From: Candidatus Scatovivens sp.
GTDB lineage: Bacteria; Bacillota; Clostridia; TANB77; CAG-508
Reading direction: 5' to 3'
DNA: 64,000 bases
NCBI GenBank assembly: GCA_045646345.1
Contig: JAZRKN010000015.1
Location: forward strand, 230,346 to 294,345
A program made the position numbers and the translations under genes. The notes below the pieces were generated by a model. It saw only the letters and a program-made list of their open reading frames with translations. It was not told where the DNA came from and did no database searches. This document shows, piece by piece, positions 27,885 through 38,501 of the stretch (position 1 is the first letter of the stretch; the number at the start of each line of letters is the position of its first letter).

Positions 27885-28860
27885 TCTTACTCCTTAATAT
27901 TTCTTTACATTTTCCGATTGAAATTGGAAAATAACATGTAATAATTAATTTTATTTTTTCTGCAATATTTCTTTTTCTCGATAATGCTTTTTTTAAGTAT
28001 AATTTTCTTATATATTTTTTCTTATCAATATTGTCAATTGTAATTTTATTTTCTTTGTATAAATAGTAATAATAATTCATAAAAATAAACAAGTAATTCC
28101 ATATATACATATAGTAATCTTCATCAATAATATTTAGATTATTTTCATCAATATAATCTAAAATTATTTCATATGATTTCACTCCAGAAAAATGTTTTTT
28201 AGAAAAATTATGCAATACACTTTGTTGATTTTGAACATAATTATATAAAATTAACATATCATCATAATATACACTGTGTACATTGCTAGAAATACTTAAT
28301 AAAAAGATTAAATCTTCCATAACATGTAAATCAACATCGAATCTTATATTTTGTATTACTTCTTTTTTTATTAATTTATTCCACAAATAGCCTTTATAAT
28401 ATTTGTTACTTAACATATTTATAACAAATTCTTTTTTAGTTAATTTATTTTTTTTTAAACTAACATTTTCTGTTTGATATATAATAAAATTATCAGTAAT
28501 TTTATAATTGCAAATCGAAATATCACAATTATATTCAATTGCATTGTTATATAAATTTTCAATCATATTCAATTCTAGATAATCATCAGCATCAACAAAT
28601 AAAATGTATTCACCCGAGCTCAATTCTACCCCCAAATTTCTTGCCGAAGAAACACCTTTGTTTTCTTGCTTTATATAAATAATTCTTTCATCATTGTTTT
28701 TATATCTTTCACATATCTTTTCAGAATTATCATTCGAACCATCATTAATCAATATAATTTCTATATTTTTATATGTCTGATGTATTATACTATTTAAACA
28801 TATTTCTAAATATTTTTCAGCATTATATATTGGTACTATAACACTAATCTTTTCACTCAT
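27853..28860 (-). CDS. Glycosyltransferase family 2
   Basis: ISVIVPIYN, INDGSND, GVSSARN, FVDADD. Confidence 0.95.
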   Translation of the reverse strand: MSEKISVIVPIYNAEKYLEICLNSIIHQTYKNIEIILINDGSNDNSEKICERYKNNDERIIYIKQENKGVSSARNLGVELSSGEYILFVDADDYLELNMIENLYNNAIEYNCDISICNYKITDNFIIYQTENVSLKKNKLTKKEFVINMLSNKYYKGYLWNKLIKKEVIQNIRFDVDLHVMEDLIFLLSISSNVHSVYYDDMLILYNYVQNQQSVLHNFSKKHFSGVKSYEIILDYIDENNLNIIDEDYYMYIWNYLFIFMNYYYYLYKENKITIDNIDKKKYIRKLYLKKALSRKRNIAEKIKLIITCYFPISIGKCKEILRSKNEKNRNINNK

Positions 28861-28863
28861 TTT

Positions 28864-30036
28864 TTATACCTTTTCAATATTTTCTTCTATAAAATATGTG
28901 CTTAACATTACAGCTAACACAATAAAAAAGTTAATTTTAAAACACACTTCAACTAAAGAACAACTCATAAATGCATACATAACAGCATATAATGGCCACA
29001 AACTCTCTTGCACATTTTTTTCTACTTTTTTATTACTAATGCATTTATTCCAGATAATTAGAAATACAATTCCACCTATCACTCCACATTCTAAAATAAT
29101 TTGTAGAATTCCATTTTGAGCATTTCCATATCCTATCAAGTTTGTAATAATATCTGTGTTATATCCATAGCCTAAAATCCACTTTTCTTTTATGACATCA
29201 AAAAGAAGTTCATATATATAAAATCTTCCTGTGAAAGTCAAATTTTCATTTAACAAATCTACTACAATATATTGGACAATTGGATTTTCTACTAGTAAAT
29301 CTTTTTGTAAAAAAATAATATTACTTATTATTAATATTATAAATATATTCCCTGGTCTCATTAAAATTTTTTTTATATTATAATCTTTTATTAGTAACAT
29401 TATATATACTACTATTATTCCTACAATACCAGTACTACAATCAACTTTCAAACAAATCCCAACGCAAAAAATAGTATATAGTGTATATAAAATATCTAAA
29501 GATTTATTTTTTTTATTCCAATATAATGCAAGTAATCCAAATGTTTGTAAATGCAAATACGAAACAAGAAATTTATTTCCAAATAAATATGTAGATAAAT
29601 TCTGATAACGTAACTCATCAAATTCAATATTAAATAAAACAGATATATCCATCAATATTGTAATAAACATTGAAGCAAACATATAACATTTTATTACATT
29701 TTCAAACCCGTTTTTTTTGACTAAGCAACATGTGACTGAAAAAATATTAAAAATTTGTAATGAATACCATATAGCATTAAATATCGGAATTATATCATTA
29801 TCTAAACGTATAATACTTATAACAACAATTGCAGAAAAAAAAGCCACTTGTTTGGTTAATGAAATTACTTTTAAATTTCTTCCATACACAATTAAATATA
29901 TAATCATTATTATAGAACTAATTATTTTAAATTGTTGAAGAGATAAAAAGTACATTCTAAACAATCCTAAAAAGAAAATTAAGCTAATTATAAATAATTT
30001 TATATCATTTTTTTTCAATTTTATTTTTGTATTCAT
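28864..30036 (-). CDS. wzy: Polysaccharide polymerase (Wzy / O-antigen ligase-like)
   Basis: Multi-TM; TFTGR...LGYG...NAQNGILQIILECGVIG. Confidence 0.8.
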   Translation of the reverse strand: MNTKIKLKKNDIKLFIISLIFFLGLFRMYFLSLQQFKIISSIIMIIYLIVYGRNLKVISLTKQVAFFSAIVVISIIRLDNDIIPIFNAIWYSLQIFNIFSVTCCLVKKNGFENVIKCYMFASMFITILMDISVLFNIEFDELRYQNLSTYLFGNKFLVSYLHLQTFGLLALYWNKKNKSLDILYTLYTIFCVGICLKVDCSTGIVGIIVVYIMLLIKDYNIKKILMRPGNIFIILIISNIIFLQKDLLVENPIVQYIVVDLLNENLTFTGRFYIYELLFDVIKEKWILGYGYNTDIITNLIGYGNAQNGILQIILECGVIGGIVFLIIWNKCISNKKVEKNVQESLWPLYAVMYAFMSCSLVEVCFKINFFIVLAVMLSTYFIEENIEKV

Positions 30037-31018
30037 AAATATACCTCATTTTTTTAGTTAAGTTACAATAAATTCTTTTGTTGATACAAAGAACAATTGC
30101 TCTTATTCTATTCTTCCATGAAGTTGAATATTTTAATATTTCTATTGCATTTACTTTATTTAATTCACTTTTATAAATTTCAAAATTCCAATACGAAATC
30201 ACATACAAATATCTTTTAGAAACATTGTCCTGTAGCAACTTTAATAATTCAATATCTTTAACTTTCCAATTATAATAAGAATACAACGAACTATATATAT
30301 ATATATACGATTTTATATGATTTATATTATTCATCTTCGATTCTCTCATTATAGAATTTTCTCTTTTTCTATATTTATATAAATTATCATATATATATTT
30401 TATGTTTTTCGAACATAAAATTGTTTTTATAGTCCACATCTCATCTTCATGCAATAAATCTTTTTCAAACCATAAATTATTTTTTGTAATTAACTCTCTT
30501 TTGTATGCCGCTAACCATACAACTGTAGTAAATTCATTTGTTTTTTTCAATTGTTCTTTAATCAAATCGCCATTTTCATATATTTGGTTATTATTTAATC
30601 CTTCGTATTTAAATTTATATTTAATATTTTTTAGTTCGCTATCATTTTCATCAATACAATTTGCATTCCATAATAATATATCCACTTCATCATTTAAAGC
30701 TTCAAAAATTCTGTTAAAAAAATCATTTGAAACCATATCATCGGAATCAATAAAAATTAAATATTTTCCTGTAGAATTTCTTATACCATAATTTCTAGCA
30801 TCCGACAACCCTCCGTTCATCTTATGAAATACCCTAATATTATTATATTTATTACCATAATCATCACAAATTTGAGGGCAATAATCTTCGGAGCCATCAT
30901 CAACTAATATAAGTTCTATTTGTTCAAACTCTTTTTGATGAACAATTGACTCTAAACACCTATGTAAATATTTTTCAACATTATATACTGGAATAATAAC
31001 ACTCAATATTGGTTCCAT
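30005..31018 (-). CDS. Glycosyltransferase family 2
   Basis: LSVIIPVYNVEKYL, VDDGSED, GGLSDARN, FIDSDD, HED. Confidence 0.95.
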   Translation of the reverse strand: MEPILSVIIPVYNVEKYLHRCLESIVHQKEFEQIELILVDDGSEDYCPQICDDYGNKYNNIRVFHKMNGGLSDARNYGIRNSTGKYLIFIDSDDMVSNDFFNRIFEALNDEVDILLWNANCIDENDSELKNIKYKFKYEGLNNNQIYENGDLIKEQLKKTNEFTTVVWLAAYKRELITKNNLWFEKDLLHEDEMWTIKTILCSKNIKYIYDNLYKYRKRENSIMRESKMNNINHIKSYIYIYSSLYSYYNWKVKDIELLKLLQDNVSKRYLYVISYWNFEIYKSELNKVNAIEILKYSTSWKNRIRAIVLCINKRIYCNLTKKMRYIYEYKNKIEKK

Positions 31019-31029
31019 TTTTCCTCCAT

Positions 31030-32010
31030 TCATTTTTTATACTGCATCTTTAATTTTTTCTTAAAATACATATAAACTTTGGGACTAATTTTGCATAAAA
31101 CAAATGCAATAAAATGTTTCTTATTTGAATATCTCATTTTTTCACTTATTCTATAGTGCTTAATTTCACCTTTCAATTTGTTATAAAGTTTATAACATTC
31201 TTCATTATTTGAGACTGTTGAAATTTCACAAAGAACTCTACATTTCACATCCATTTCAAACGATTTTGCAATTTTGCTGTATTGGATATAATTTTTTTCA
31301 ACATCTCTAGCAATTTTTTGCGCAACCGCTAATGAATCTGTGTATTTTTTTAAAAATTCTTTCCTACACACTGAGTTTTCATTTATAACATAATGATATT
31401 TGGCAAATGCAACAATTTTTACTTTTTTAATTAATTTTATGTATTCATAAATAAACAGTTTATCTTCTGCAACCATGAAATTAGAATCAAATAATACTCT
31501 TTTTAATATCTTTGTTTTATATAGTTTATTCCATACATTTGGATCAATAATATCTCCATTTAAGAAAATTTTTATTATATCATCTCCATTTATAATTAGA
31601 TTTTTATCGTTCACTCTATAAATGGATTTTTTTTCATATTCTGCTACAAATCCACTTACAATCAAATCTATTTTCGAATCATTTTCTATTTCATCTAGCA
31701 ATCTATAAAAATAATCTGCATCGATATAATCATCTGCATCTAAAAACGAACTATATTCACATGTTGCTTTTTGTATTCCCACATTTCGAGCATTAGAAAC
31801 CCCATTATTTTTTATATGTTCTACACTTGCATTAATATTATTTTTCACAAATTCATCTATAATTTCTGGAGATTTATCTGAAGAACCATCATCTATAAAT
31901 ATAATTTCCAACTCTTCAAAATTATTCTGTTTTTTTAACGATTTTAATAATCGTTCCAACCACATTTCAGCATTATATACCGGTATAATTACACTTATTT
32001 TCATTTTCAT
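31030..32010 (-). CDS. Glycosyltransferase family 2
   Basis: ISVIIPVYN, IDDGSSD, GVSNARN, FLDADD. Confidence 0.95.
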   Translation of the reverse strand: MKMKISVIIPVYNAEMWLERLLKSLKKQNNFEELEIIFIDDGSSDKSPEIIDEFVKNNINASVEHIKNNGVSNARNVGIQKATCEYSSFLDADDYIDADYFYRLLDEIENDSKIDLIVSGFVAEYEKKSIYRVNDKNLIINGDDIIKIFLNGDIIDPNVWNKLYKTKILKRVLFDSNFMVAEDKLFIYEYIKLIKKVKIVAFAKYHYVINENSVCRKEFLKKYTDSLAVAQKIARDVEKNYIQYSKIAKSFEMDVKCRVLCEISTVSNNEECYKLYNKLKGEIKHYRISEKMRYSNKKHFIAFVLCKISPKVYMYFKKKLKMQYKK

Positions 32011-32024
32011 TCCTTAATATTATT

Positions 32025-32876
32025 TTATTCTTCCCAAAAAACTTTTATATGATTTCCCGCATTACAATGAATGATTTCGCCAGAAATGCATTTCGACGCA
32101 TCACTCAACAAAAACACTGTAACTTCAGCCACTTCTTCTGCCAGAAATATTCTATCAGAAGCGCAATTCCTATAATAATTCCCATCTGATACTTCAGCAT
32201 AATCTTTAGTCATATCCGAAACTGTTACACCTGGTGCTATCGCATTTACTCTTATACCTTGTTTATACACTCTCCTTGATAATGCTCGTGTTAAAGTATT
32301 TAAAGCAGCTTTAGTCATTCCATATGGAATATCATATGCTTGATTTCCTGTTTCTGAAGTTATAAAAATTAAGTTTCCCTCTTCTTTGTTATTCTCTTTC
32401 ATTTCTAGAAATTTTTTAGCCAAAAAATACCCTGCTCTAAAATTGGTATCAAATTGTTTATCAAATCCATCTATTGTTACATTTCTATAGTGATTTTCAT
32501 GTAATGAAATTCCTGCATTGCTAACTAAACAATCAATACTCCCCCCAAAAATTTCCATTGAATGTTTCAACAATTCATCTATTGTATCAACTTTCGAAAT
32601 ATCATGAACAATATATTCTAAATTTTCACCTAATTCTTCTTTTACTTTTTTCAATGATTGCTCATTTCTACCAGTAACTAAGACCCTTGCTCCCTCTGAA
32701 ATACATTTTTTAGCAATTGCATATCCAATACCTTTACTTCCACCTGTAATAACAATTTTTTTATCTTTTAATATTCCACCATAATTAATTTGTGATACAT
32801 TTACTGTAACCGATTTTTCAGGAGAAGATTCTAATATAAATTTTGCAATTTTTCTAATATATCTCTTTATTCCCAT
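32025..32876 (-). CDS. SDR family oxidoreductase
   Basis: TGGSKGIG, SNAG, YGMTK (YxxxK), RVNAIAPG. Confidence 0.93.
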   Translation of the reverse strand: MGIKRYIRKIAKFILESSPEKSVTVNVSQINYGGILKDKKIVITGGSKGIGYAIAKKCISEGARVLVTGRNEQSLKKVKEELGENLEYIVHDISKVDTIDELLKHSMEIFGGSIDCLVSNAGISLHENHYRNVTIDGFDKQFDTNFRAGYFLAKKFLEMKENNKEEGNLIFITSETGNQAYDIPYGMTKAALNTLTRALSRRVYKQGIRVNAIAPGVTVSDMTKDYAEVSDGNYYRNCASDRIFLAEEVAEVTVFLLSDASKCISGEIIHCNAGNHIKVFWEE

Positions 32877-32877
32877 T

Positions 32878-34653
32878 CTATTTTTTTCCTTTTATAAATT
32901 TTACTATATTTTGAGCTTTTTCTTGACCAATAGTTTTCTTTATAAGTTCCTTACTATTTCTAATTATTTCAGACTTTAATGTACGCGGTCTACTTAAATC
33001 AAAAAAATCATATATAACATCAGCATCTTTTTTCATTTCAGTAAAAACTTCTAAAATAACTGGTTGTTTACAATTCTCTTTAAAAAACTCTTGTAATGAT
33101 TCTTGTAACATCTCTTTATTGTTTGCAGATAAATATCTGAAATTATTAGATTTTGCCCAACCTTCAGCTTTAGTATTATGACGAGCAGTCGTATGTAAGT
33201 CACTTTTTTCATTTTTCCATACTCTATTAAAATAGAATTCCGAACCACCTTCATTATTAATTAATAAAATATGAACATTATTTTTTATATGACGTAATTT
33301 CAAAGCATTCATATCATAAAAAAACGCAAGATCACCTATTACTAAAAATGCATCATTTTCTGTCATATATGCTTGTCCCAAAAATGATGACATACATCCA
33401 TCAATTCCATGCGTTCCTATATTGGCATATACTTTAATATTTTTATTTAATTTAAAAAAGTTTGTTATCCTAATACTATTATTAATACTTAAATGTAATA
33501 ATGAATTTTCTGGTATTTTATCTAAAACATTTTGAATTGCATACACATGAGAAAAATCAAATTCTTTTGGCATCTTTACCTTATTAGAATATTGTAAAAG
33601 CTCATTATAGTATTCCTTGTTGTTTAGATTATCTTTATTATAATTATTACAATATTTAAAGAAATACTCCGGCGAACATTCAAAAATGTTTGTGATACTT
33701 TTAAAAGTATCAACTAATTTTCCATCATCTTGAACCAACCAATGTTCAAAATTACCTTTGAATTTTCTTAATTGTTCTTTTATTCCAGCATAAATATTTC
33801 CACCAAACGAAATAACAATATCCGGTAACATTTCTTTGAATTTTTCATCAATAATATATCTAGGGTCCATACAAACACTCAAATTAATATTATTTTCAAA
33901 TTCTAAATTAGCCATGTGATCAGCAAAAATAGCACAATTATATTTTTCAAAAAAAACTTTTATACTTTGTTTTAACTCATCACTTACATAACTTTTTTGT
34001 CCACATATCATAAGAATCTTTTTGGCATTTTTCAATTTTTCAATTTTTTCATCCCATATTTTGCTAGAATTTTCAATACAAATTCTATCTATCTTTTTTA
34101 CTTTTGGTAATTCTTTAATATTAAAAGAATTATTATATGCTTTCATTGGAACATTAATATGTACTGGACCTGTTCCTTTATGATTTAATTCTAACAAAGC
34201 TTCATTTATAAGTCTTTCACAATAATATTCATCATCTTCATCGTTAATTATTGGTAAATTAACAGATTTTTTTACATGTCTGTCATACATTCCAACTTGA
34301 TCTATCATTTGGTCTTCCCAATTTCCTAACATAGTAGGATTTCTATCACTTGTTAATACTATTAATGGAACACCTTGATAAAACGCCTCTGCAACTGCTG
34401 GCCAATAATTACATGTAGCAGTTGAAGATGTACAAGATATCACAACAGGTTCTTTTGTTTCTTGTGCTAACCCTAAAGCAAAATATCCAGCACTCCTTTC
34501 ATCAACAACTGAATAACATTTAAAAAAATCATCCTCTTCTACTGAATGCACAAACGGAACATTTCTGCTACCTGCAGAAAGTACACAGTGTTTAATATTA
34601 TATTTCTTTAGTAATGCAATTATTAACTGATATGTTTTTAGTTCTGTATACAT
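32878..34653 (-). CDS. menD: MenD-like ThDP-dependent enzyme (polysaccharide-locus type)
   Basis: SAGSRN, DERSAGYFALG, GPVHIN, GIDG, IGDLAFFYDMNAL...INNEGG; no other men genes nearby. Confidence 0.85.
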   Translation of the reverse strand: MYTELKTYQLIIALLKKYNIKHCVLSAGSRNVPFVHSVEEDDFFKCYSVVDERSAGYFALGLAQETKEPVVISCTSSTATCNYWPAVAEAFYQGVPLIVLTSDRNPTMLGNWEDQMIDQVGMYDRHVKKSVNLPIINDEDDEYYCERLINEALLELNHKGTGPVHINVPMKAYNNSFNIKELPKVKKIDRICIENSSKIWDEKIEKLKNAKKILMICGQKSYVSDELKQSIKVFFEKYNCAIFADHMANLEFENNINLSVCMDPRYIIDEKFKEMLPDIVISFGGNIYAGIKEQLRKFKGNFEHWLVQDDGKLVDTFKSITNIFECSPEYFFKYCNNYNKDNLNNKEYYNELLQYSNKVKMPKEFDFSHVYAIQNVLDKIPENSLLHLSINNSIRITNFFKLNKNIKVYANIGTHGIDGCMSSFLGQAYMTENDAFLVIGDLAFFYDMNALKLRHIKNNVHILLINNEGGSEFYFNRVWKNEKSDLHTTARHNTKAEGWAKSNNFRYLSANNKEMLQESLQEFFKENCKQPVILEVFTEMKKDADVIYDFFDLSRPRTLKSEIIRNSKELIKKTIGQEKAQNIVKFIKGKK

Positions 34654-34654
34654 T

Positions 34655-35767
34655 TTAAACTTCCTTTCTTAAATAATTCATTGTATTTTCTCTTTGTTCT
34701 TTTATTATTTCATCAGTTTTTTTATAATCAATTTCTCTTTTTAATATATTTTCTAAATCATTTTGCAGATTAAATGTAATTCTATCTTCTAACCCTAATC
34801 TCTTTAACAAATCTGTTAGTTTTTCTTCATTACCATATTTATTTCCTACACTTTTTCTAACTAAAGTAACAAAATCTCTATGTGTAATAATTGAAAAAAT
34901 ACTTCCATGAAAAGTATCTGTAATTATCATTTCTGCATTTTTAAAATAAGCTAAAACTTCAAATGGAGTACAATCAATAAATTTATCTGCACAACTCTGT
35001 GCTCCACCAATCGCATAAACTTTTAAATTATTTTGTTTTGCATATTCTTTTATATATTTTGATTCTTCTGGAGATATTCTATTAGAATATGCATAAACAA
35101 TTATATATTTTTCATTTGTTTTTATTTCTGGTATTTCTTTACATTTTCCCATATAATCATAAATTAATACTGGATCTAATGAAAAAGTGACCTCTCTATC
35201 AGTTAATTCTTTAACTACATTCCCACTATTTTGATCTCTTACAGAAATTGCATTTATCCCCTTTAGTAATTCAGCAATTTCTTCTTTTTTTCCATTATCT
35301 TCTAATTTCTTTACAGTAGTATTTCCAAAAGAAGCTGCATATGTTACTACTTTTTTTGCTTTATTATTCTTTCCAAATAACTCTAATGAATACCCAACAT
35401 TTTTATTAGCTTGAATACAGTTGAAAACTTCATCACTACCAATAACTAATGTATCTAATTCTGGAAGATAGTTTGGTTCTTCCGTTAGTCCAAGTTGTTT
35501 ATAATACTTATTTCCAAAATTCTTTTTATGTATAATGTATTGAATTTTTTGAATAAATGGAGCATCCCCTTCTAAAGTTTTCATTACTTTACTGATTTTA
35601 TCATTTTTCCCAGCATGCTCATCTTTTATAACAGGTTCTTCTACATGATAATCAACAAATTGCACATCATGTCCTAATTCTTCTAATGATTTCTTTAATC
35701 CATATGCTTGCATAAAAGAACCATAATTTTTTATTCTTTGCATTGATAAAATTCCTATTTTACTCAT
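34655..35767 (-). CDS. Polysaccharide pyruvyl transferase family protein
   Basis: NYGSFMQAYGL, GSDEVFN, ISVRD, DPVL, TDTFHG. Confidence 0.92.
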   Translation of the reverse strand: MSKIGILSMQRIKNYGSFMQAYGLKKSLEELGHDVQFVDYHVEEPVIKDEHAGKNDKISKVMKTLEGDAPFIQKIQYIIHKKNFGNKYYKQLGLTEEPNYLPELDTLVIGSDEVFNCIQANKNVGYSLELFGKNNKAKKVVTYAASFGNTTVKKLEDNGKKEEIAELLKGINAISVRDQNSGNVVKELTDREVTFSLDPVLIYDYMGKCKEIPEIKTNEKYIIVYAYSNRISPEESKYIKEYAKQNNLKVYAIGGAQSCADKFIDCTPFEVLAYFKNAEMIITDTFHGSIFSIITHRDFVTLVRKSVGNKYGNEEKLTDLLKRLGLEDRITFNLQNDLENILKREIDYKKTDEIIKEQRENTMNYLRKEV

Positions 35768-35782
35768 AAAATTCTCCTCATT

Positions 35783-36277
35783 TTATAAAATTTTCTTTAT
35801 TTCTTCTTCTAACATTTCATTAAACATTTTATTATTACTTAATATTTCGCCTGATACATTCTTTATTCTTTCATCATAATTCACAATCGCATTGATAATT
35901 TCTTCTTCATTTTCAGCAACAATAATATTCTTCATTCTTTTTTCAACTTCTCTAGCAAAATCTAACTGATGATCATTTACATGTTCTTTATATTTATACT
36001 GTCTTGGAACAACTACTGGTATTTTACCTATTGATAAAGGAGAAACAAAACTAGCTGGTCCACCATGAGTTACTACAATTCTTGCGTCTGCAATATATTT
36101 TTTCATATCATCATATCCAATTAATTTATGGCTTTCACAATTTTGTGGTTCATAATCTGTATAGCCTTTTTGAATAATTACTTCTTCATTTATTTTCCCG
36201 TCATCCACCATTTGATCTATACATTTTATTAATCTATCAAAAGGTTGTTCATGAGTTCCTACTGTAACAAATATCAT
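35783..36277 (-). CDS. PssE/Cps14G (Alg13-like, GT28 C-terminal) glycosyltransferase subunit
   Basis: MIFVTVGTHEQPFDRL, THGGPAS, EHVNDHQ. Confidence 0.93.
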   Translation of the reverse strand: MIFVTVGTHEQPFDRLIKCIDQMVDDGKINEEVIIQKGYTDYEPQNCESHKLIGYDDMKKYIADARIVVTHGGPASFVSPLSIGKIPVVVPRQYKYKEHVNDHQLDFAREVEKRMKNIIVAENEEEIINAIVNYDERIKNVSGEILSNNKMFNEMLEEEIKKIL

Positions 36278-36286
36278 TTTACACCT

Positions 36287-36763
36287 CTAAAAAATACTTC
36301 CTAAATTTATAGCTTTTGGATATACTTTTTTCATTTCTTCCCATTGAACTATAAATTTATCTGTTATTGGATATACCATTTTTCCTGTCATTGTTGATTT
36401 ATCTATCCTGTCAAACACTTCTATATAAACCAATTTAGCACCAAATAATTTTCCAAAATAAAAAAATGGTACAGCAACTGCAGCCCCTGATGAAATAATT
36501 AAATCTGGTTTTTCTTTTCTCAATACTTTTATTGCTAAAAATGTATTTTTAATTAAATTTTTCAAATTTCTATTTGTAGGATAATAACAATAATATTTTT
36601 TTTCATCTTTTAAAATACTATTTGCATCTTCTTTATCAAAAGTAACCCAAAATCTATATTTATCTTGAAAAAAATCTTTTAACATATATAGATGTGTTAA
36701 GTGTCCTCCAGAAGAACCTACTAAACAAACTTTCAAATCTTTTAATTCTTTTTTCTTTTTCAT
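36287..36763 (-). CDS. PssD/Cps14F (Alg14-like) glycosyltransferase subunit
   Basis: CLVGSSGGHL, EKPDLIISSGAAVAVPFF, FIVQWE. Confidence 0.93.
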   Translation of the reverse strand: MKKKKELKDLKVCLVGSSGGHLTHLYMLKDFFQDKYRFWVTFDKEDANSILKDEKKYYCYYPTNRNLKNLIKNTFLAIKVLRKEKPDLIISSGAAVAVPFFYFGKLFGAKLVYIEVFDRIDKSTMTGKMVYPITDKFIVQWEEMKKVYPKAINLGSIF

Positions 36764-36795
36764 TTAATTTCTCCAATTAGCATTTTTAAAATAAT

Positions 36796-36827
36796 ATACT
36801 CACTATAATTACTATTATAGTGAGTAT
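36796..36827 (-). terminator. Hairpin between the priming transferase and pssD-like gene (terminator or RNA-stability element)
   Basis: Perfect 14-bp inverted repeat ATACTCACTATAAT/ATTATAGTGAGTAT. Confidence 0.55.
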
Positions 36828-36837
36828 TATTTATTTT

Positions 36838-38199
36838 TTATTCTGCCCCATTTCTATTTAAAACAGCTGAAAATGTTTTAAATAAAATCATTATATCCAT
36901 TCCTAAGTTATAATTTTCATGATAATCCAAATCCATATCTAGTCTGTCTTGGAATGTAACATCACTTCTTCCACTCACTTGCCATAATCCTGTTATACCA
37001 GGTTTGCATTTTATAATAGTTTCATAAGCATCTCCCATTTCTGGTTTTTCTGTTACCATATATGCTCTTGGTCCAACTATACTTAGTTCACCTTTCAAAA
37101 CATTTATAAATTGAGGAAATTCATCTATGCTTGTTTTTCTTATAAAATTACCAACCTTTGTAACTCTTGGATCATTTTTTAATTTTTTATATGTACTATA
37201 TTCTTCTCTTGCTTCTTCATCATTTGCAAGTAATTCTTTTAATTTTTCTTCAGCTCCAACTACCATACTTCTGAATTTATACATTTTAAAGATTTTTCCA
37301 TCTTTACCAATTCTATCTTGTGTATAGAAAAGTGGTCCTTTATCTCCACATATTCTATTTCCAAGCCATATTCCAATTGATAATGGAACTAAGCATAAGC
37401 ATCCAACAATTCCGCCAAGTACATCAATAATTCTTTTAATGCATCTAGCAATAGTTTGATTTATGTAGTCTAATGTATCCCATGTCATTTCACCAACATG
37501 ATATGTTTCTTTTCTTCTAAATGTAACTAGTACTGTTATTAAAGCTATTTTTAAATCTAATAATAAATTTTTTCTATAGTGATATCTAACATCCATATCT
37601 AATCTATCATTAAATTCTACACTTTCATTCCCAGCTATTTGGTATACACCAGTCATTCCTGGTTTATGAGATACTATGTAATTGTAATAATCTCCCATTC
37701 TTTCTTCTTCGTCAGGTAAATAAGGTCTAGGCCCTACCAAACTCATTTCTCCTAATAGCACGTTTATAAATTGAGGAAATTCATCTAAGCTTTTAGCTCT
37801 TAATATTTTTCCGAATTTTGTAAGTCTTGGATCATTTTTGAATTTTCTATATTTGTAATATTCTTTTGCTGTTTCTTTATTTTTAAGCATTTCTTCTAGC
37901 ACTTCGTCTGCATTAGTAACCATTGTTCTAAATTTGTACATTTTGAACAATCTTCCATTTTTTCCTATTCTATATTGAGAATAAAATACTGGTCCTTTAT
38001 CTCCATCTTTTGCATTTTGGAAATAAATAATAATTGTCATTGGTATTAATAGTATTATTCCAATCAAAGAAACTATAATTTCTAATGTTCTTATTATAAA
38101 ATTTGTCAGTAAAACACTTAGTTTTCTTGATATTCTAGCAAATATATTCTCATGTATTTTATCGATATCAAATGGTATCGCAATTCCATGTTCTTCCAA
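36838..38199 (-). CDS. Priming phosphoglycosyl transferase with two tandem Bac_transf domains
   Basis: KFRTM...DPR...SLDEFPQ...GPRP and KFRSM...DPR...SIDEFPQ...GPRA; likely TTG start at 38199 after GAGGGG. Confidence 0.92.
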   Translation of the reverse strand: MEEHGIAIPFDIDKIHENIFARISRKLSVLLTNFIIRTLEIIVSLIGIILLIPMTIIIYFQNAKDGDKGPVFYSQYRIGKNGRLFKMYKFRTMVTNADEVLEEMLKNKETAKEYYKYRKFKNDPRLTKFGKILRAKSLDEFPQFINVLLGEMSLVGPRPYLPDEEERMGDYYNYIVSHKPGMTGVYQIAGNESVEFNDRLDMDVRYHYRKNLLLDLKIALITVLVTFRRKETYHVGEMTWDTLDYINQTIARCIKRIIDVLGGIVGCLCLVPLSIGIWLGNRICGDKGPLFYTQDRIGKDGKIFKMYKFRSMVVGAEEKLKELLANDEEAREEYSTYKKLKNDPRVTKVGNFIRKTSIDEFPQFINVLKGELSIVGPRAYMVTEKPEMGDAYETIIKCKPGITGLWQVSGRSDVTFQDRLDMDLDYHENYNLGMDIMILFKTFSAVLNRNGAE

Positions 38200-38246
38200 A
38201 ACTTTTGTCCCCCTCAACTCATTTCTTCCGTAATATAATCAAGCTC

Positions 38247-38312
38247 ATTATAACACGAAAAATGTGTCCTTTCAACAATATTCCCTATACTTTATATTAC
38301 ATTTTCATTACA
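38247..38312 (-). promoter_or_regulatory. Promoter of the polysaccharide locus with upstream WalR-type box
   Basis: TTGAAA-17-(TG.)TATAAT at 38247-38275; TGTAAT-GAAAA-TGTAAT at 38296-38312. Confidence 0.65.
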
Positions 38313-38501
38313 TTTTCACTTTAAAAAAACAATATATTTTGCTTTAAAAAAAACATTCAAAATTTAAAATCAAAATACAAAAAAGTACTATCACCAATTG
38401 CTTGATAATCAGCACTTTTACTTGTTGATATATATAAATTAAAACCATATTTTTTGCTTTATTGCACAAAAAAGTTGACTACCATTTTAGTAATCAACTT
38501 T

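Noticed and set aside
32878-34653. Menaquinone biosynthesis operon
   Set aside because: The MenD-like gene is isolated among glycosyltransferases; menF/H/C/E/B are absent from the window
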